A stretch of 64,000 nucleotides of DNA from Phaeosaccion multiseriatum (taxonomy: Eukaryota > Protista > Ochrophyta, other classes): the NCBI GenBank assembly GCA_965112735.1, contig OZ218961.1, forward strand, positions 1,116,001 to 1,180,000. Direction: 5' to 3'. Position 1 is the stretch's first letter, and every line of letters begins with the position of its first letter. Shown here piece after piece: positions 48,963-64,000 of the stretch. The position numbers and the translations under genes were made by a program. The notes under the pieces are model-generated. The model was not told the origin of the DNA. It saw only the letters and a program-made list of their open reading frames with translations, and made no database searches.

Positions 48963-50827
48963 CTCTAGGCCTGAGCGAGCTCCTCTTGAGCAGCCGCTCT
49001 CGTGCTACTATGAGCTCTCCCTGCTCCTGTTCTTGTCACGTGTGCGCCTGCTGAGTGTGTCTCCCCGTCCTGGAAGAAAATTCCCCGTTCTCTGCTCACG
49101 TGGCTCCGTTTCCTCAGCACCACTGGCTCCCAGCCGCGTCCCTGTCCTCAGGCCTACACCTGTGTCTTGTTCTGATCTCTCCCTGCTGCTGCCTGCGGCT
49201 GATGCGTCGGGATCACTGCGGAGCCCCAACTTCAGTGCGGCGCTTCCAAGGCTGTCCCAACGCGGCTTCCTCTCGCTCTTTCCCTCTGCAACCTACTCTT
49301 CAGCAGCCCTTACTAGGGCTGACGTGCTGTTCTGAGGCCCCCCTCTGCTGCTGGTGAGCCTGCGTCCTCCTCCTGCCGTACAAGGCCATTATCAAGGCTC
49401 TGCTCTCCAAATCCCGCAATCTTCGGAGTGTGCCCAACTGCCGCTCCGTCCAAGCGCTAGCTAAGATGCCATTCTTCTCTGACTGGACCGTGATGACGGC
49501 CGTTCTCGGCTCGTTCTTCTCCACCTTGCAAAACACCCCTGGCACTGTCATATACGCTTCCTCTGTCGTCTTGAGCTTGAGCTCCACCTCGTGACTCCCT
49601 CAGCAATCCAAAGGGCAAGTAGCACTGAAATTGTGAACTAAGCCTTACGTAAGCATGAGCTCCCAATTTCAGATAGTCGGCTTTCCCACACATCCCATAC
49701 CCTGCGTTGTTATTGATGCCTTGTTATTAATGCAGAATGGCGCGCATGTGGCTGTGGCTGTGGTACCCTCCTCCATCTCTCCTTGTGAGAGCGTCCGGTA
49801 GCAAGAGAGGGAGAGGGAGAGAGAGGAAAGTCGGGGACGAGTGGGAGATAAGAGAGTGGGAAAGAGACAGCGAGAGAGAGAGGGGGCAAGAGGAAGAGTA
49901 GGATAGAGTGGGAGAGTGGCAAGAGAGAGAGAGAAAAAAAGAAGCGAGAGAGCGTGAGAGATAAAAGGAGAGAGACAGACAGCGAGAGACAGACAGAGAA
50001 AGAGAGAGAGGGAAGGGGTGGGGGGGAGGGGGGGGAGGAGAGGAGACAGACAGAGGAAGGGGGGCAGGCAATACAATATACAATTGATGCACTTTCATCT
50101 CTTTTCTTGTAGAAGTATTTTTTTTTTGGTATTTTTTTTTTGGCAAAAGGAAATAGCAGTACTCGAAAAAACTGAAACTTCGTGGTCACGCAAGCGGAGG
50201 GAAACCCAAGGGGGGGTCCCCCTTTTTTTTCCTCCCCTCTTCTCAAGTACTTCATTTCTAAAGGCGTTTGTTGTTGCCTTTGCCTCCGGAGCGCCGCGCA
50301 TGGGTGCGAAGGCTTGCATGGAGCAAGTACGTACAACAGTAAAATAAAAGAGAAGGGAGAGGTGATGAAGGGAGGCCGGAGCGAGCAAAACGCCATGGGG
50401 TGCACGCGAGTATGAGCATCATGCTGTCCCTCCTTGGTGCTCGGTAGTCGGTAGTCGGTGCGTTGGTTTGCGCGACCGCCGCCGCCACACTGAAGTGCCT
50501 CGCATTCAATGCCATCGCCTATCGCAGAGGGATGGGTCGCGTTTCCTTCCAGCGACAGGCAAACGACAGTGTAGGATAGGATAGGCACTTGGTGTGGCTG
50601 AGGGAAACGCACCCTCCTTCCACCCAGGGAAATGTAACCGATAGTGACCAATGTAACCGATGTAACCAATGGCAAGACACATCCATCCCTCCACTTGATT
50701 GCGGGCATGAGTGGTGTTGGCCCTACACTCCATGTACACACCCTGCGGGGCGGCCAACCGAGCATGACCACGCTCTCTTCCCTCCCCAAGTTGCCGTTGC
50801 TAACCGCTGCTGTGTCACCAACTGCTG

Positions 50828-51244
50828 CTGCTGCTGTTGCTGCTCCCTCCAGGCATTTGTGTATTGCACGGCAAAGCTTCAGAGCAAAAAGTCTTGATCA
50901 TACCGCTGCTGCTGTTGCTGCTCCCTCCAGGCATTTGTGTATTGCACGGCAAAGCTTCAGAGCAAAAAGTCTTGAACAGAGTCCAACGCGCCCATGCTCT
51001 GATCCGCAGGCCAAAAGGTCCAAAATCTGATCACATCACAGGCCAAACAAGGGGCCAAGGCTTTGACCACATGCCAAGCCAAAGGGTCGAAGCTTCTGAG
51101 CAAAGCTTTGATCACGCACCAAACAAACGGTCAAAACTTTGCTCACAGGCCAAAGGGTCAAAGCTTCTGAGCAAAGCTTTGATCACAGGCCAAAGCACCG
51201 AGGAGTCCTCTTATCACAGGCCAAAGCGCCTAGGGGTCCTCTAA

Positions 51245-51270
<26 letters not shown>
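50828..51270. repeat. 3'-flank repeats of PRP16: 78-bp duplication (50828-50975) and ~31-bp units containing TCACAGGCCAAA (51000-51270)
   Basis: Directly visible. The ~31-bp unit is the reverse complement of the last codons and stop of PRP16. Confidence 0.85.

Positions 51271-64000
<12,730 letters not shown>

Larger units (their letters stand above)
44310..49700 (-). repeat. Right (inverted) arm of the HSF-like repeat family: units ~44310-46850 and ~46850-49700
   Basis: Reverse complement of 1720-7570. For the A/D pair, coordinate x maps to ~48580-x (2547/46033, 2712/45868, 3038/45542). Confidence 0.95.

Noticed and set aside
49710-51030. ORFs 49710..50789, 50018..50347 and 50644..51030
   Set aside because: Low-complexity intergenic or UTR sequence with no splice-consistent model or domain.

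Overview
This is eukaryotic genomic DNA, most likely from a flagellated, plastid-bearing stramenopile (ochrophyte) alga. That assignment is inferred from a bipartite plastid-targeting leader, an axonemal dynein-light-chain-domain gene and GT-AG introns filled with microsatellites. Most long ORFs in the supplied track are microsatellite artefacts, so I assembled the real genes by hand from splice sites. In order, the window holds: (1) the 5' end of a probable plastid-targeted protein (-, 6-1247); (2) three tandem 3-exon genes with a highly divergent HSF-type DNA-binding domain (A, B, C; +, 2.5-9.8 kb); (3) a GON4L/YY1AP1/DUO3-like Myb/SANT gene (+, 10.8-16.9 kb); (4) a ~17-exon IQ-motif protein (-, 17.5-29.3 kb); (5) an AXDND1-like protein, head-to-head with the previous gene (+, 30.0-43.8 kb); (6) two more HSF-like paralogues in inverted orientation (D, E; -, 44.5-49.0 kb); (7) the spliceosomal helicase PRP16/DHX38 (-, 51.2 kb to beyond the window end). 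There are three main signals. First, inverted, mosaic clusters of HSF-like genes bracket a ~34 kb single-copy block, and in one paralogue the DNA-recognition half of the domain looks swapped like a cassette. Second, the 12-mer TGTATCACCAAC is hugely over-represented on both strands (18 exact copies counted by eye), concentrated at intron ends and also written into coding exons in different frames. Third, tandem repeats repeatedly arise from splice junctions and from a stop-codon junction. Exon coordinates were read by eye and may be off by a few bases.
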